Assembly: GCA_035508275.1 (NCBI GenBank)
Contig: DATJNI010000007.1
Location: 60,324-124,323 of the forward strand
Direction of reading: 5' to 3'
Length of the DNA stretch: 64,000 nucleotides
From: Candidatus Sulfotelmatobacter sp.
Lineage (GTDB): Bacteria; Patescibacteriota; Saccharimonadia; Saccharimonadales; UBA4665
Shown: piece after piece, positions 27,180-36,184 of the stretch
How positions within the stretch are numbered: position 1 is the first letter of the stretch
Layout of the letters: each line of letters begins with the position of its first letter
Notes under the pieces: generated by a model
The model's input: the letters and a program-made list of their open reading frames with translations, nothing else
The model's database searches: none
Told to the model about the DNA's origin: nothing
Program-made: the position numbers and the translations under genes

Positions 27180-27710
27180 CTAGAGGCCAACCTTATAATG
27201 AACTAATATGGTACCTTGTTTGTTAAGAAGTTTATGATCAAGTAAACGCAGTCTTTTCTTGACTAGTTCATCGCTAAACAGGTTGATCCCCTGAGTAAAT
27301 ATTTGTGGTTCAATAGTTAGGTATATCTCACTGACTAAGTCGTCTCTTAGAAAAGATGTGTAGGTGAATCCCCCTCCAAGTAACAGCATGGATTTAAAGC
27401 CCTCTTTTTCGAGGCGAAGTACTAGTTCTTTTGGTGATTCATTGGTAAATTCTAGGACACCCTTTTTGCTGTCGTTCTTGTATTGGCTGGGGTTGCTAGT
27501 TAATACAACTCGCAGTTTAGCGGGGTGCAATTTAATATTGGGGCGTATTTTTTCATATGTTTTTCGACCAAAAACAATTAAATTATGTTTAGCAACTAGT
27601 TTGGATAGGTGGTCTTGGTCTTCGTTTGATATCCAGCTGCCCGTACCTACCTTTGTGCCTTCAGTAATCTTGCCATTTATGGAGGTCACGGCCGACATTA
27701 TAATTATCAT
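27180..27710 (-). CDS. RibD C-terminal domain / dihydrofolate-reductase-like reductase
   Basis: SAVTSINGKIT, IVFGRKTYE and LLLGGGFTYTSFLRDDLVSEIYLTIEPQIF match the RibD_C/DHFR-like pattern. Confidence 0.75.
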   Translation of the reverse strand: MIIIMSAVTSINGKITEGTKVGTGSWISNEDQDHLSKLVAKHNLIVFGRKTYEKIRPNIKLHPAKLRVVLTSNPSQYKNDSKKGVLEFTNESPKELVLRLEKEGFKSMLLLGGGFTYTSFLRDDLVSEIYLTIEPQIFTQGINLFSDELVKKRLRLLDHKLLNKQGTILVHYKVGL

Positions 27711-27711
27711 A

Positions 27712-28464
27712 CTATTTGTTTGTCCTCTTACCGGGCTGCCAATCGACGCTGCTTAAAAAGGGTTCAAATAAATCATCTTTTCTATCCATGTTTATGTAGG
27801 CAAGTTCGTCGGCAGTAGGATTTCTATCCTGAAAGTGGACAAATGGCACATCACTAATTATGGCAACGGGGGTCTGTTCTTTTCCTTCGCCCATGGCGAG
27901 GACACCTGAGGCCGCAAGTCCTTCGGCAACACTTGCTTGGCTGACATCGAATGGCCTACCAAATAAGTCTGGTTTTCCTATATAGTCATTGAGTGCTCGA
28001 AACCCACTGTAGCCTAATGCAATACCGTGCGTACCTCGACGAAGCGGCATACAGGTACTATCGGTAATGATTACGCCGACTTTTTTTAAATTAAACCTCT
28101 CTTTTAAGTAGACTCTAACGTCATTGGCCGTTTGCTGGGGATCCTTCGGCCAAAGTACAAAGTTCCCTCCACCATTCGATTCATCTATGCCTGCTGCTGC
28201 GATGAGAGTATTCCTGACAATGCTGAAATGATAACCGTATTTGCTCAGCTCGCCAGGTAAATAAAAATCTGATTCTTTTTTGATAAGTTCATTTTTATTG
28301 CTTGATTCTATTGGCAAGACTCTGCCCTCACAAAGGGAAACAACCTTGGATGTAATAAGTAAGATACTTCCTTCCGAAAAATCAGTAACAAAAGTGTCAA
28401 GCAACTTTAAAAGGCTCGTGGAGTTAGCTTGCACTCTGTCGGTTTTGATGGCTATAACTTGCAA
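27712..28464 (-). CDS. CofE-like gamma-glutamyl ligase family protein (F420-0:glutamate ligase homologue)
   Basis: ITSKVVSLCEGR, AAGIDESNGGG and ITDSTCMPLRRGTHGIALG are CofE-family hallmarks; 250 aa. Confidence 0.75.
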   Translation of the reverse strand: MQVIAIKTDRVQANSTSLLKLLDTFVTDFSEGSILLITSKVVSLCEGRVLPIESSNKNELIKKESDFYLPGELSKYGYHFSIVRNTLIAAAGIDESNGGGNFVLWPKDPQQTANDVRVYLKERFNLKKVGVIITDSTCMPLRRGTHGIALGYSGFRALNDYIGKPDLFGRPFDVSQASVAEGLAASGVLAMGEGKEQTPVAIISDVPFVHFQDRNPTADELAYINMDRKDDLFEPFLSSVDWQPGKRTNK

Positions 28465-28476
28465 TGATTTATCCTC

Positions 28477-29565
28477 TTACTTCATAGACGGGTATGCGCT
28501 CAACACTCGAGCATATAGATCGTCTACAACTCTTTTTTGGGCATCTCCCGTGGATGCATAATGGTCCAGCCCAGGGGCAGCATTTACTTCAAAAACTGAG
28601 TAGTGCGCTTCAGGGCTAGCTATATCATCGCACGCTAAATCTATACCACAAAGACGTAAACCAAAATTTGCCGCTATGTATGCGCCTAAGTCCCTCCACC
28701 GGCGATGGGTTGATTTTGTTACGTCCTCAGCCTTGCCGCCAGCCGATAAATTAGATATCGTCATAAGCTCTAAGGATTGTTCCTCCGGTAGAATACTAAG
28801 CAAGTCTAAGTCCTGACGACCAATTTGTCTGGCTATTCTAGTGTCATTGGGGTTGATGGTTGTATCACGACCTTCTTCGAGGTACTCTTTTTGAACCTCA
28901 GCAATTAGCTCCCATATAGTACTTGTACCATCACCTGTTACAGAAAGGGGTATTCTACGATATGAGCTTATTAGTGTTCCATCCAATATGACTAGGCGAT
29001 AGTCGGGCATGGCCACGGCCTCTTCGACGACCATTACCCGTACCTTATCTCTTTCGAAAGAAGCAATAACCTCACCTGCTTCTTGGGCATTGTCAACACG
29101 CATCACACCAATTCCTTTAGACCCATCAACACGTTTGATGTAAGCGGGAAAGCCGAGCACTCCCTCAATGTATTCAATGGCGGTATCTGACGTACGTAGC
29201 TCAGTGTTTCCTCGTCGCCTCTGAGATTCGCCTATTGTTTCTGCCCACCAAGGCAGAAGAAATTCTCGTCCTTCAGGCGTAGTTATACCGATTTGTTTTA
29301 GCATAAATTTGGCATGTCCCTTATCTCCCGCCAGTTCACTTGCTGCAGAGTTATTTAACCCAGGGTCATTGCCGTAAGTAAACCTAAAACTTCCGTCATC
29401 GTACGTTAATCTGGTTGTGTAGCCATACTCTGGCTCAACTATAAGCTCAACGACATTACCTAGTTCACCTCTATTAAAAAGCTCTATGGCTTTTCTCGTT
29501 AAATACGCATAGTGGGCATGAGAAATTACTTCACCATGAGGATTAGACATGTCACCTTCAGGCAT
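28477..29565 (-). CDS. ATP-grasp ligase (cyanophycin-synthetase/RimK-like fold)
   Basis: GFPAYIKRVDGSKGIGV, VVEEAVAMPDYRLVILDG, TGDGTSTIWELI and FEVNAAPGL are typical ATP-grasp blocks. Confidence 0.7.
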   Translation of the reverse strand: MPEGDMSNPHGEVISHAHYAYLTRKAIELFNRGELGNVVELIVEPEYGYTTRLTYDDGSFRFTYGNDPGLNNSAASELAGDKGHAKFMLKQIGITTPEGREFLLPWWAETIGESQRRRGNTELRTSDTAIEYIEGVLGFPAYIKRVDGSKGIGVMRVDNAQEAGEVIASFERDKVRVMVVEEAVAMPDYRLVILDGTLISSYRRIPLSVTGDGTSTIWELIAEVQKEYLEEGRDTTINPNDTRIARQIGRQDLDLLSILPEEQSLELMTISNLSAGGKAEDVTKSTHRRWRDLGAYIAANFGLRLCGIDLACDDIASPEAHYSVFEVNAAPGLDHYASTGDAQKRVVDDLYARVLSAYPSMK

Positions 29566-29684
29566 AACAATATTATATAAACTAATTGAGCTCTCGTCGA
29601 ATTTGTCTATAAAATATATTAGACGTTGGTATTAACTACTGTGACCTATCAAAATATTCTTATCACCAGTGCTATACTTTTATT

Positions 29685-29900
29685 ATGTCTGATTGGCACG
29701 CACATCTAGGAATTTGGTTGCCGGTTATTATATTCGTTGTTCTGCTTCTTTTTGCTTTTGAGATATGGATGATTGTTGATGCGGCTCTAAACAAAAAGAT
29801 TAGCGATAAAGCAAAAGTTTGGTGGATAGTAGGAATGCTTATTATCCATCCCTTTGTGGCAATTGTTTACTTTTTTACTGATCACAAAAAGCGAAGCTAA
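29685..29900 (+). CDS. small membrane protein, PLD-nuclease/cardiolipin-synthase N-terminal-like domain
   Basis: Two TM helices with the EIWMIVDA...KVWWIVGMLIIHPFVAIVYFF pattern; 71 aa. Confidence 0.6.
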   Translation: MSDWHAHLGIWLPVIIFVVLLLFAFEIWMIVDAALNKKISDKAKVWWIVGMLIIHPFVAIVYFFTDHKKRS

Positions 29901-30817
29901 AATACCTCTGCCAGCATACATCTAACTCCGCCCCCTCCAACTTCTTGGATGGTTGGAACGGGTATATGTACTAATTTACCGAATTTACTTAGCATTTGTT
30001 TTTGTTCTTCGTTGTAAGCACTAAAGGCGGTTTCGCTCATAATAATTACTGGTTGGTCGTTCGAAGGTTGCAGCTGCAAAATGTTGCCGCAGAAGCAGCT
30101 AACCTGATCCAAGCTAATGTCTACGACGGTTTTGTTTAGTTCTTTTAGCTTATTTAGTAAGTCATTTCTTTCGTTCTGGTCGGTTACGGACTCGGTGCAG
30201 ATAACTGCGAAGTCTTTACCAAGATTCATTGATACATTTGTATGATAAATTGGTTTACCAACTTTATCTACGGCATGAAAGTACATGGCTTGGTAACCCA
30301 TCTTTTGGCACCAGAGATCGAGGGTTTGTTTGGATGATCTTGGTGAAGCTATGACAAAAGCAAATTTGTTTATTCTATCTAGAACTAGACTGCCGGTTCC
30401 TTCTAGAAATTGACCGCTATTTTCTTCGTTTGTTAAATCTAGCGTGTTAGTGACATCAAAGTCTAATTTGCTCAGAGCTGCCTTAAGAACATCTACTTGC
30501 CTTTCAGCCCGTCTGTTTTCTGCTAGCATCGGATAAATGACTAAGGTGCCGTCCTCGTGTGTTGTAAACCAGTTATTGGGAAATATTTCGTCTGGAGTTA
30601 TATCTTTAGGACTCGGTAGTATTTCAACCTCTATGCCGTTATGTTTTAGGGTTGAGACCACGCCGTTAAATTCATTTAAAGCTTGTTCTCTTATTTCCTT
30701 TTCTGTCTCGCCTTGACCAGACAAGTCGTGCTGAAATGGATCACTGTCTGCGGTTTGGGGATTAAAGCCGAAGTGGCTAGGTTCAACCATTATTACTTTT
30801 TTTGCTATTTGAGACAT
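29897..30817 (-). CDS. guanidino-group-modifying (amidinotransferase/arginine deiminase superfamily) enzyme, CtlX-like
   Basis: C-terminal GGGGVRCMLAEVF with the superfamily catalytic Cys. N-terminal VIMVEPSHFGFNPQT. 306 aa. Confidence 0.7.
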   Translation of the reverse strand: MSQIAKKVIMVEPSHFGFNPQTADSDPFQHDLSGQGETEKEIREQALNEFNGVVSTLKHNGIEVEILPSPKDITPDEIFPNNWFTTHEDGTLVIYPMLAENRRAERQVDVLKAALSKLDFDVTNTLDLTNEENSGQFLEGTGSLVLDRINKFAFVIASPRSSKQTLDLWCQKMGYQAMYFHAVDKVGKPIYHTNVSMNLGKDFAVICTESVTDQNERNDLLNKLKELNKTVVDISLDQVSCFCGNILQLQPSNDQPVIIMSETAFSAYNEEQKQMLSKFGKLVHIPVPTIQEVGGGGVRCMLAEVF

Positions 30818-30876
30818 AGCTTTTATTGTACCAAGTAAAATGACTTGTCTTTTTTAGGTACTGATATTATTAACCT

Positions 30877-31455
30877 ATGCCAAACGAGGATAGCATTACG
30901 AGATGTGTATGGGCAGGAAACGACCTGGCCATGCGGGATTACCATGACATAGAGTGGGGCGTGCCTGTACATGAAGACAGAGTTTTGTTTGAGTTTTTAT
31001 GTTTAGAGGGCGCACAAGCTGGCCTTAGTTGGTCAACGATTCTTTCTCGGCGCGCTAACTACCGTAAAGCTTTTGATAACTTCAATCCATTGAAAATGTC
31101 TAGGTATTCGGACGTAAAAAAGTCTGTCCTCTTAAACGATGCTGGGATTATACGAAACAGACTAAAAGTTGAAGCTTTTATCTCTAATGCGATGGCCTAT
31201 TTAGATATCCAAAAAAAGTATGGCAGTTTAGACAAATACCTCTGGGGGTTTGTTAAAGGCAGGCACCTGAATACTTCGGACCAAGCGAAAGCGGAAGAGA
31301 TTGGCGTGAGTATGAGTAAAGACCTAAAAAGGCATGGTTTTAGGTTTGTTGGACCAACAATATGTTACGCATTTATGCAGGCGACTGGAATGATCAATGA
31401 CCACGAAACTAGTTGTTTCCGATACGCTGAAATAGAGAAGGACTTTGCTAGATAA
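30877..31455 (+). CDS. tag: DNA-3-methyladenine glycosylase I
   Basis: RCVWAGNDLAMRDYHDIEWGVP and LCLEGAQAGLSWSTIL motifs; 192 aa. Confidence 0.9.
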   Translation: MPNEDSITRCVWAGNDLAMRDYHDIEWGVPVHEDRVLFEFLCLEGAQAGLSWSTILSRRANYRKAFDNFNPLKMSRYSDVKKSVLLNDAGIIRNRLKVEAFISNAMAYLDIQKKYGSLDKYLWGFVKGRHLNTSDQAKAEEIGVSMSKDLKRHGFRFVGPTICYAFMQATGMINDHETSCFRYAEIEKDFAR

Positions 31456-31462
31456 CCAACCT

Positions 31463-32410
31463 TTAGGCTTCTCTTGGTCCGTCACTTTTATCTACCGTTC
31501 CGGTTTCTACCCTTTTAGATACTTTTTCGACGTTATGTTTGATCGCATCAGCAAGCGTGCGCTGAATTGCTCTATTTAAAATAAAGGCGCAGCTTAGATA
31601 GCCAAAGGCTACAAGTTTACCTATTTCTATTGACTTATCTTTAAAACTTTCTTCAAGCATATACTGCCTATTCTGTGTACCTGGGCCACCGTACTGCGCC
31701 AGAATAAGATTTTCTATAGTTAGGTTAATATTTTCTAAAAGCATCATGTGCCCAATCGGGGTATCGTCATCTTCGTCTCTTTCAATAAACATTTTGGTAG
31801 AAGCTGTTGGCTCAAAGCCCGATTCTATAAGAGTATCGATGTCATCTAGCGTAAGCTGGTCCCATTTTATTACCAAGGAACCTGCTGTTGGCCTCCAGAT
31901 GGGAGGCTCGGTCTTTGCCCCATCCTTACTAACCGTGATGTAGCGACTGCCTCGGACGTAATCATAAAGCAAACCTTTAATGCCTGCGTCTATATCGGCA
32001 CTGGCGCAACAAGCTAGGGCTGAGATTGACCAGATTAGGTCACCTGCTTCATCCAAAAGACGAGCACTATTTTGATCTCCATCTCCTTGGCCCAAGAATA
32101 CGCTAAGAACCTCAGTTCTTAACTCCGCCGTCTCCTCATGGAGTTTACTAGTAAACCTTTCAAGGGCGCCTAGTGTGCCCTGCTCCTGTTTCCAAGCACC
32201 ATCAACCCAGTTCTGATAGTCTAAAACGGTTGCATCAGGTGAGGACGTAAGCCTAGCCACCAGAGCTTCTCTATCAATTTCAATATCGCCTCGGTAGAAG
32301 AGACCGTCAATTGTATGAGGCAATTCTTTGCCAGGAGAGGTTCCAATAATATGATCGTCTCGTTGCGGCACAAGACCTTGGTAACCCCCGTCAAACTCGG
32401 AGTTAATCAT
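31463..32410 (-). CDS. MazG-like all-alpha NTP pyrophosphohydrolase domain protein with N- and C-terminal extensions
   Basis: LHEETAELRTEV ... LLDEAGDLIWSISALA matches the MazG ExxE...ExxD metal-binding pattern; 315 aa. Confidence 0.55.
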   Translation of the reverse strand: MINSEFDGGYQGLVPQRDDHIIGTSPGKELPHTIDGLFYRGDIEIDREALVARLTSSPDATVLDYQNWVDGAWKQEQGTLGALERFTSKLHEETAELRTEVLSVFLGQGDGDQNSARLLDEAGDLIWSISALACCASADIDAGIKGLLYDYVRGSRYITVSKDGAKTEPPIWRPTAGSLVIKWDQLTLDDIDTLIESGFEPTASTKMFIERDEDDDTPIGHMMLLENINLTIENLILAQYGGPGTQNRQYMLEESFKDKSIEIGKLVAFGYLSCAFILNRAIQRTLADAIKHNVEKVSKRVETGTVDKSDGPREA

Positions 32411-32507
32411 AAGTATATTATATAATATTAGCGTTTATATAACAACTTGGATAGTCTTGATTGACTTTAGTGCACTAGCATCTTAGTATTTAGAGTGAAA
32501 GAAGCTT

Positions 32508-32861
32508 ATGGCTGATCCTAAAAACCAAAAAGATTTTGAAGAGATAAAATCTGAGTATAGAGCTATACATAGGCAGTATCTTTTATCTCTGGCTGCAGCA
32601 CTCATTGCGCTGTTTGGCGGAGCCTTGGTATACAAACATTTAATGCATTTGTCCTGGCTGAATGCCGTGTACTTCTGTACAGTCACTCTAACTACAGTTG
32701 GATATGGAGATATTCATCCGGATAATGACTCATCTAAGCTATTTACCATATTCTATCTATTTGTCGGCATAGCTATTATTGGCAGTTTTATCAACGTTCT
32801 AATTAGGCATAACGTAGCTCGTAGAGAGTATAGAAAAGCCAAAAGAAAAAATATTATCTAA
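32508..32861 (+). CDS. minimal two-TM potassium channel
   Basis: Selectivity filter TLTTVGYGD between two hydrophobic helices; 117 aa. Confidence 0.8.
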   Translation: MADPKNQKDFEEIKSEYRAIHRQYLLSLAAALIALFGGALVYKHLMHLSWLNAVYFCTVTLTTVGYGDIHPDNDSSKLFTIFYLFVGIAIIGSFINVLIRHNVARREYRKAKRKNII

Positions 32862-32864
32862 AAA

Positions 32865-32900
32865 GTGAAACTTTTTTGGTGTTAGATGCATATAACTATT
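32865..32900 (+). promoter_or_regulatory. ECF-type promoter, copy 1 (GTGAAAC-N15-TGCATATAACTATT) upstream of the sigma factor gene
   Basis: 29 of 36 positions are identical to the second copy at 33898-33933, with identical spacing. AAC-containing -35 element and conserved -10 region block. Confidence 0.6.
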
Positions 32901-32916
32901 GTTAAGATACATATAT

Positions 32917-33459
32917 ATGGATCAAAACGATGAAGCGGCGCTTGTTGGTAAAGTGTTGGACGGGGATGTAGGGGGCTACAGATATTTCATTGAGCGTTAC
33001 CACAAGGGACTAATTCAGCACATTTATAACATAGTTGGTGACGAGGCGACGGCAGAGGATGTAGCTCAGGAAGCGTTTATTAGGGCTTACGATAATCTCT
33101 CTAAATACAATCCTGAGTATGCCTTCTCTACTTGGCTATATAAGATAGCGAGTAACATTGCGCTCAGGTTTCTAAAGCAAAATTCCAGATTTGTGCCGCT
33201 CAATGAGGATTCAGTCCTAAATGCTGATAAGGCACCACCGCCGGATGAGAAGCTGGATGCACAGCTAACCAAAGAAACAGTGGTCACGGCGATAGATAAG
33301 CTGCCAACTAAATATCGGTTCGTTATTACCATGTACTATTGGGACGACCTAAGCCTGAAGGAAATATCTGAGGCTCTAGGTAGCCCGGAAGGAACCATAA
33401 AGACTTGGTTGTTTAGAGCCAAGAAAATATTAAGAAAGGAGCTGTATGGACAAGTTTGA
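32917..33459 (+). CDS. ECF-family RNA polymerase sigma-70 factor
   Basis: Region 2 EDVAQEAFIRAY and TWLYKIASNIALRFL. Region 4 LSLKEISEALGSPEGTIKTWLFRAKK. ATG 32917 preferred over the upstream TTG. Confidence 0.9.
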   Translation: MDQNDEAALVGKVLDGDVGGYRYFIERYHKGLIQHIYNIVGDEATAEDVAQEAFIRAYDNLSKYNPEYAFSTWLYKIASNIALRFLKQNSRFVPLNEDSVLNADKAPPPDEKLDAQLTKETVVTAIDKLPTKYRFVITMYYWDDLSLKEISEALGSPEGTIKTWLFRAKKILRKELYGQV

Positions 33460-33901
33460 TCAAATTATTAAACAAGCCAAAACTACAATTCAGCCTAACA
33501 GTAATTTTGTCAGTAGAACTATGAATAGGATTGATCACGAAGAGGAAAAGAGCCGTATTAGGTTTCGTTTTTGGCTGCCAGTCGGAGTCGGAGCATTTGC
33601 TGCTGTACTTATAGCGCTAGTCTTGGTAGCTCCCTTCTCTTCTAAGCCAAGTAATAAGGCTAATTTGTATGCATCTAACTCTAACAGCAGCGCTAGCTCT
33701 GGTACCAGCCCAGCTTTAGGCTCACCGCCTAAAAACGTTCCTGCGACAATTCCGGCTGGGGATAGTAACGCAAACCTAACTAGCGACATTAACAGCATCT
33801 CTGCCTCAATAAATGAGCAGAACTATGATCAGAACGGCGTAAATACAGGCCTAAACGATATGGCTTACGAAGTTTCAATACCGACATATCAAAATCAGTG
33901 A
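33446..33901 (+). CDS. putative anti-sigma factor (single-pass membrane protein)
   Basis: Overlaps the sigma gene by 14 nt. Short cytoplasmic N-terminus, TM helix WLPVGVGAFAAVLIALVLVAPF, Ser/Asn-rich exterior. Confidence 0.6.
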   Translation: MDKFDQIIKQAKTTIQPNSNFVSRTMNRIDHEEEKSRIRFRFWLPVGVGAFAAVLIALVLVAPFSSKPSNKANLYASNSNSSASSGTSPALGSPPKNVPATIPAGDSNANLTSDINSISASINEQNYDQNGVNTGLNDMAYEVSIPTYQNQ

Positions 33902-33933
33902 AACTTTTTAGCAGTTCAGTGCATATAACTATT
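33898..33933 (+). promoter_or_regulatory. ECF-type promoter, copy 2, upstream of the secreted-protein gene
   Basis: GTGAAACTTTTTAGCAGTTCAGTGCATATAACTATT. Overlaps the anti-sigma stop codon. See copy 1. Confidence 0.6.
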
Positions 33934-33954
33934 AGTAAAAGGAGCTAAAACTAA

Positions 33955-34788
33955 ATGAATAAAGTATCAACAGTTTTTAAACTAGTGGCACTATTTGCAG
34001 TGGCAATCATCTTGGGTAGTACTCTGGCAACTAGCCTAGTTAGTGCAGATAAGCTAACTAAACTCGCGAATAGCGTAACTTCAGACGCAACTAATACTAT
34101 TGGCACAGCTGGCAATACCGGCTCTATCGGTATAGCTAGTAATCCTAACCCTAACGTTAGTACCTGCAATAATAATAGTACCCAGGAGCTTCAGACAATT
34201 ATTACTAGGGGGAATCAGGAGATTAATAGACGCCTAGCTAGTCTATCTAAGCTATCGACTCTTATTAGTTCTGCTAGCAAGCTTACTCCGAGTGATCAGA
34301 CATATCTACAAAATGAGGTTAGTAGTACAGTAAGTGGACTGCAGACGCTTCAGACTCAACTAGATAGCGCAACGACTGTTTGTACTGCTAGGACTGATGC
34401 TCAAAACATATTCAGTGAGTATCGAGTCTACGCACTAGTTGTTCCTAAGGTTTGGTTAGTAAAAGAAGCTGACGATCAGCAGGTAGCTGAGGCTAAGCTT
34501 TCTACTCTTGCTGGTGATTTGCAAACTAGACTAACTAATGCAGGCTCGGGTGTACCAAATCTTTCTCAATTGCAGTCTGACCTAACCTCAATGCAAAGCG
34601 AAATTAGCTCAGCTCAGTCGATCTCAAGCAGTGTTGAATCAAGCGTTATTTACCTAACTCCTAGCGATTACGATTTGAACCACTCTGTGTTAGAAGGGTA
34701 TAACACTCAGCTGAAGACTGCTCGTCAGGACAACCAACAAGCATTGGCTTACGCAAAAGACATTACTGCCGGCCTAAAGAAAACCTAG
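33955..34788 (+). CDS. secreted alpha-helical protein, probable ECF regulon member
   Basis: AAGGAG upstream of the start. Signal peptide LVALFAVAIILGSTLATSLVSA. Helical Ser/Thr/Gln-rich repeats. Confidence 0.7.
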   Translation: MNKVSTVFKLVALFAVAIILGSTLATSLVSADKLTKLANSVTSDATNTIGTAGNTGSIGIASNPNPNVSTCNNNSTQELQTIITRGNQEINRRLASLSKLSTLISSASKLTPSDQTYLQNEVSSTVSGLQTLQTQLDSATTVCTARTDAQNIFSEYRVYALVVPKVWLVKEADDQQVAEAKLSTLAGDLQTRLTNAGSGVPNLSQLQSDLTSMQSEISSAQSISSSVESSVIYLTPSDYDLNHSVLEGYNTQLKTARQDNQQALAYAKDITAGLKKT

Positions 34789-34870
34789 TAGAGAAGCTGC
34801 AAAGTTACTCGACTAGTTATTGCTAGTTTTCGTTCAAGCACAAGCGTGTGTGGTATAATATGTTTTTGAA

Positions 34871-35545
34871 GTGAAAACAAATATACCAGAAGCAATTGAA
34901 CCGGTGCTGGATAGGCGGCCTGAGGCCGCTTTTTTTGAACCCACTGCAAGTTATATGTTTGATTTTTCTAGGGGATTTTATCTGGATACTAAGTTTTTGA
35001 TGCCTGAGGGTTTTGGCGTGGTCGCTAGTTTTGGTCAACCGAGTGACAGCCCTCTAGACTCTATACCGCCCATCGAGAGTTTGCACTTTGACGGACGTGG
35101 TCACTCAGAAGGACATTACTCCTGGCAAATATGTCATGGCAATGAAGGTCAGCAAAGAGTTTGGCAGGTGGATGTCTCTGAGGGACATATTGAAGGAACT
35201 TATTTCGGTACGGACCGTCAGGGTAGATTATTACGGGATATACCATTAGTTGGTGAAACCTTGTCTTCAACATTGGATTATCTGGCGAACCTAGTCGGTA
35301 GCGATGAAGTACTTGAAGCAATTGCTGCGACCAAATCTAAGAAAAAACGTGCAATCCGAGACGTCCTAGAACATGTCGCTAGAATAAGAGATGGTGAGAT
35401 ATTTCATCCGTCTGCACTCGCATCAAAGAAAACTATAGCTCAGCATACGGGTTTTACTGCATTGAAACCTTATGCTCCAAAAAGATCCTTAGCAGAAGAT
35501 GTAGTGGAAGAAAAGTTAGCTGTAGCTTCGATGGCTACTTCATGA
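34871..35545 (+). CDS. hypothetical protein (224 aa, GTG start)
   Basis: Intact ORF. No motif recognised. Confidence 0.45.
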   Translation: MKTNIPEAIEPVLDRRPEAAFFEPTASYMFDFSRGFYLDTKFLMPEGFGVVASFGQPSDSPLDSIPPIESLHFDGRGHSEGHYSWQICHGNEGQQRVWQVDVSEGHIEGTYFGTDRQGRLLRDIPLVGETLSSTLDYLANLVGSDEVLEAIAATKSKKKRAIRDVLEHVARIRDGEIFHPSALASKKTIAQHTGFTALKPYAPKRSLAEDVVEEKLAVASMATS

Positions 35546-35577
35546 GTGAATCTTAAAAAGTTGTGTAAAATTACAGT

Positions 35578-36051
35578 TTAGCTAACTTTTAAGGGGCCTC
35601 GCAGTTGGCTTAGCGGTATAAGCGTCTTAGTTTCTATATTTATGTTGGCTGGCTGTTCTGGGTCAACTGTATCTGTAGGAAGAAGTATTAAGCAAACCTC
35701 TAGCCTATTTTTATCTTCGCGTAAGAAATGTTCATGGTCATATGCAAGACCCTCTCGATCGAATAATTCAAAGCCTCCAAACGTACCGCGCTCGCCTCCA
35801 GATGAAAATGAGGATTCAACCGCACAGCTTTCTTCCCACAGAGTTATTACCTCTTGTGGATCTACAGTGATAACAGTACCAACCATATGTTTATATGTTT
35901 CGTTCAAATCACCTAACTCCTCAGTGAGCGACGACATGCTCAGCTCTGCAGCAGTTAATGCTAATCCTGCAACACGAGCACTTCTTCGTAATAATTCAGT
36001 GTCTCTACGTATCCTTGAGGTTTCCAGTCCTTCTATAGTCCGTTCAGGCAT
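35578..36051 (-). CDS. hypothetical acidic protein (157 aa)
   Basis: Balanced composition, in contrast to the Ser/Arg-rich shadow ORF on the plus strand. Confidence 0.45.
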   Translation of the reverse strand: MPERTIEGLETSRIRRDTELLRRSARVAGLALTAAELSMSSLTEELGDLNETYKHMVGTVITVDPQEVITLWEESCAVESSFSSGGERGTFGGFELFDREGLAYDHEHFLREDKNRLEVCLILLPTDTVDPEQPANINIETKTLIPLSQLRGPLKVS

Positions 36052-36098
36052 ACTGAGATTTTAATTGTTGGCCAGCATACAAGCAAGCATGAGTATAT

Positions 36099-36175
36099 TG
36101 GTACCCCGGGAGGGATTCGAACCCCCGACCTTGAGCTTAGAAGTCTCCTGCTCTATCCAACTGAGCTACCGGGGC
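36099..36175 (-). tRNA. tRNA-Arg (anticodon UCU)
   Basis: Reverse complement GCCCCGGTAGCTCAGTTGGATAGAGCAGGAGACTTCTAAGCTCAAGGTCGGGGGTTCGAATCCCTCCCGGGGTACCA. Anticodon loop CTTCTAA. The anticodon stem has mismatches at both ends (27-43 G.A and 31-39 A.G). Confidence 0.8.
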
Positions 36176-36184
36176 ATGGGTAAA

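Noticed and set aside
35642-36064. 140-aa plus-strand ORF overlapping the 157-aa minus-strand ORF
   Set aside because: Only one can be real. The plus-strand product is Ser/Arg/Pro-rich low complexity, while the minus-strand product has balanced composition. I kept the minus-strand gene, but with modest confidence.
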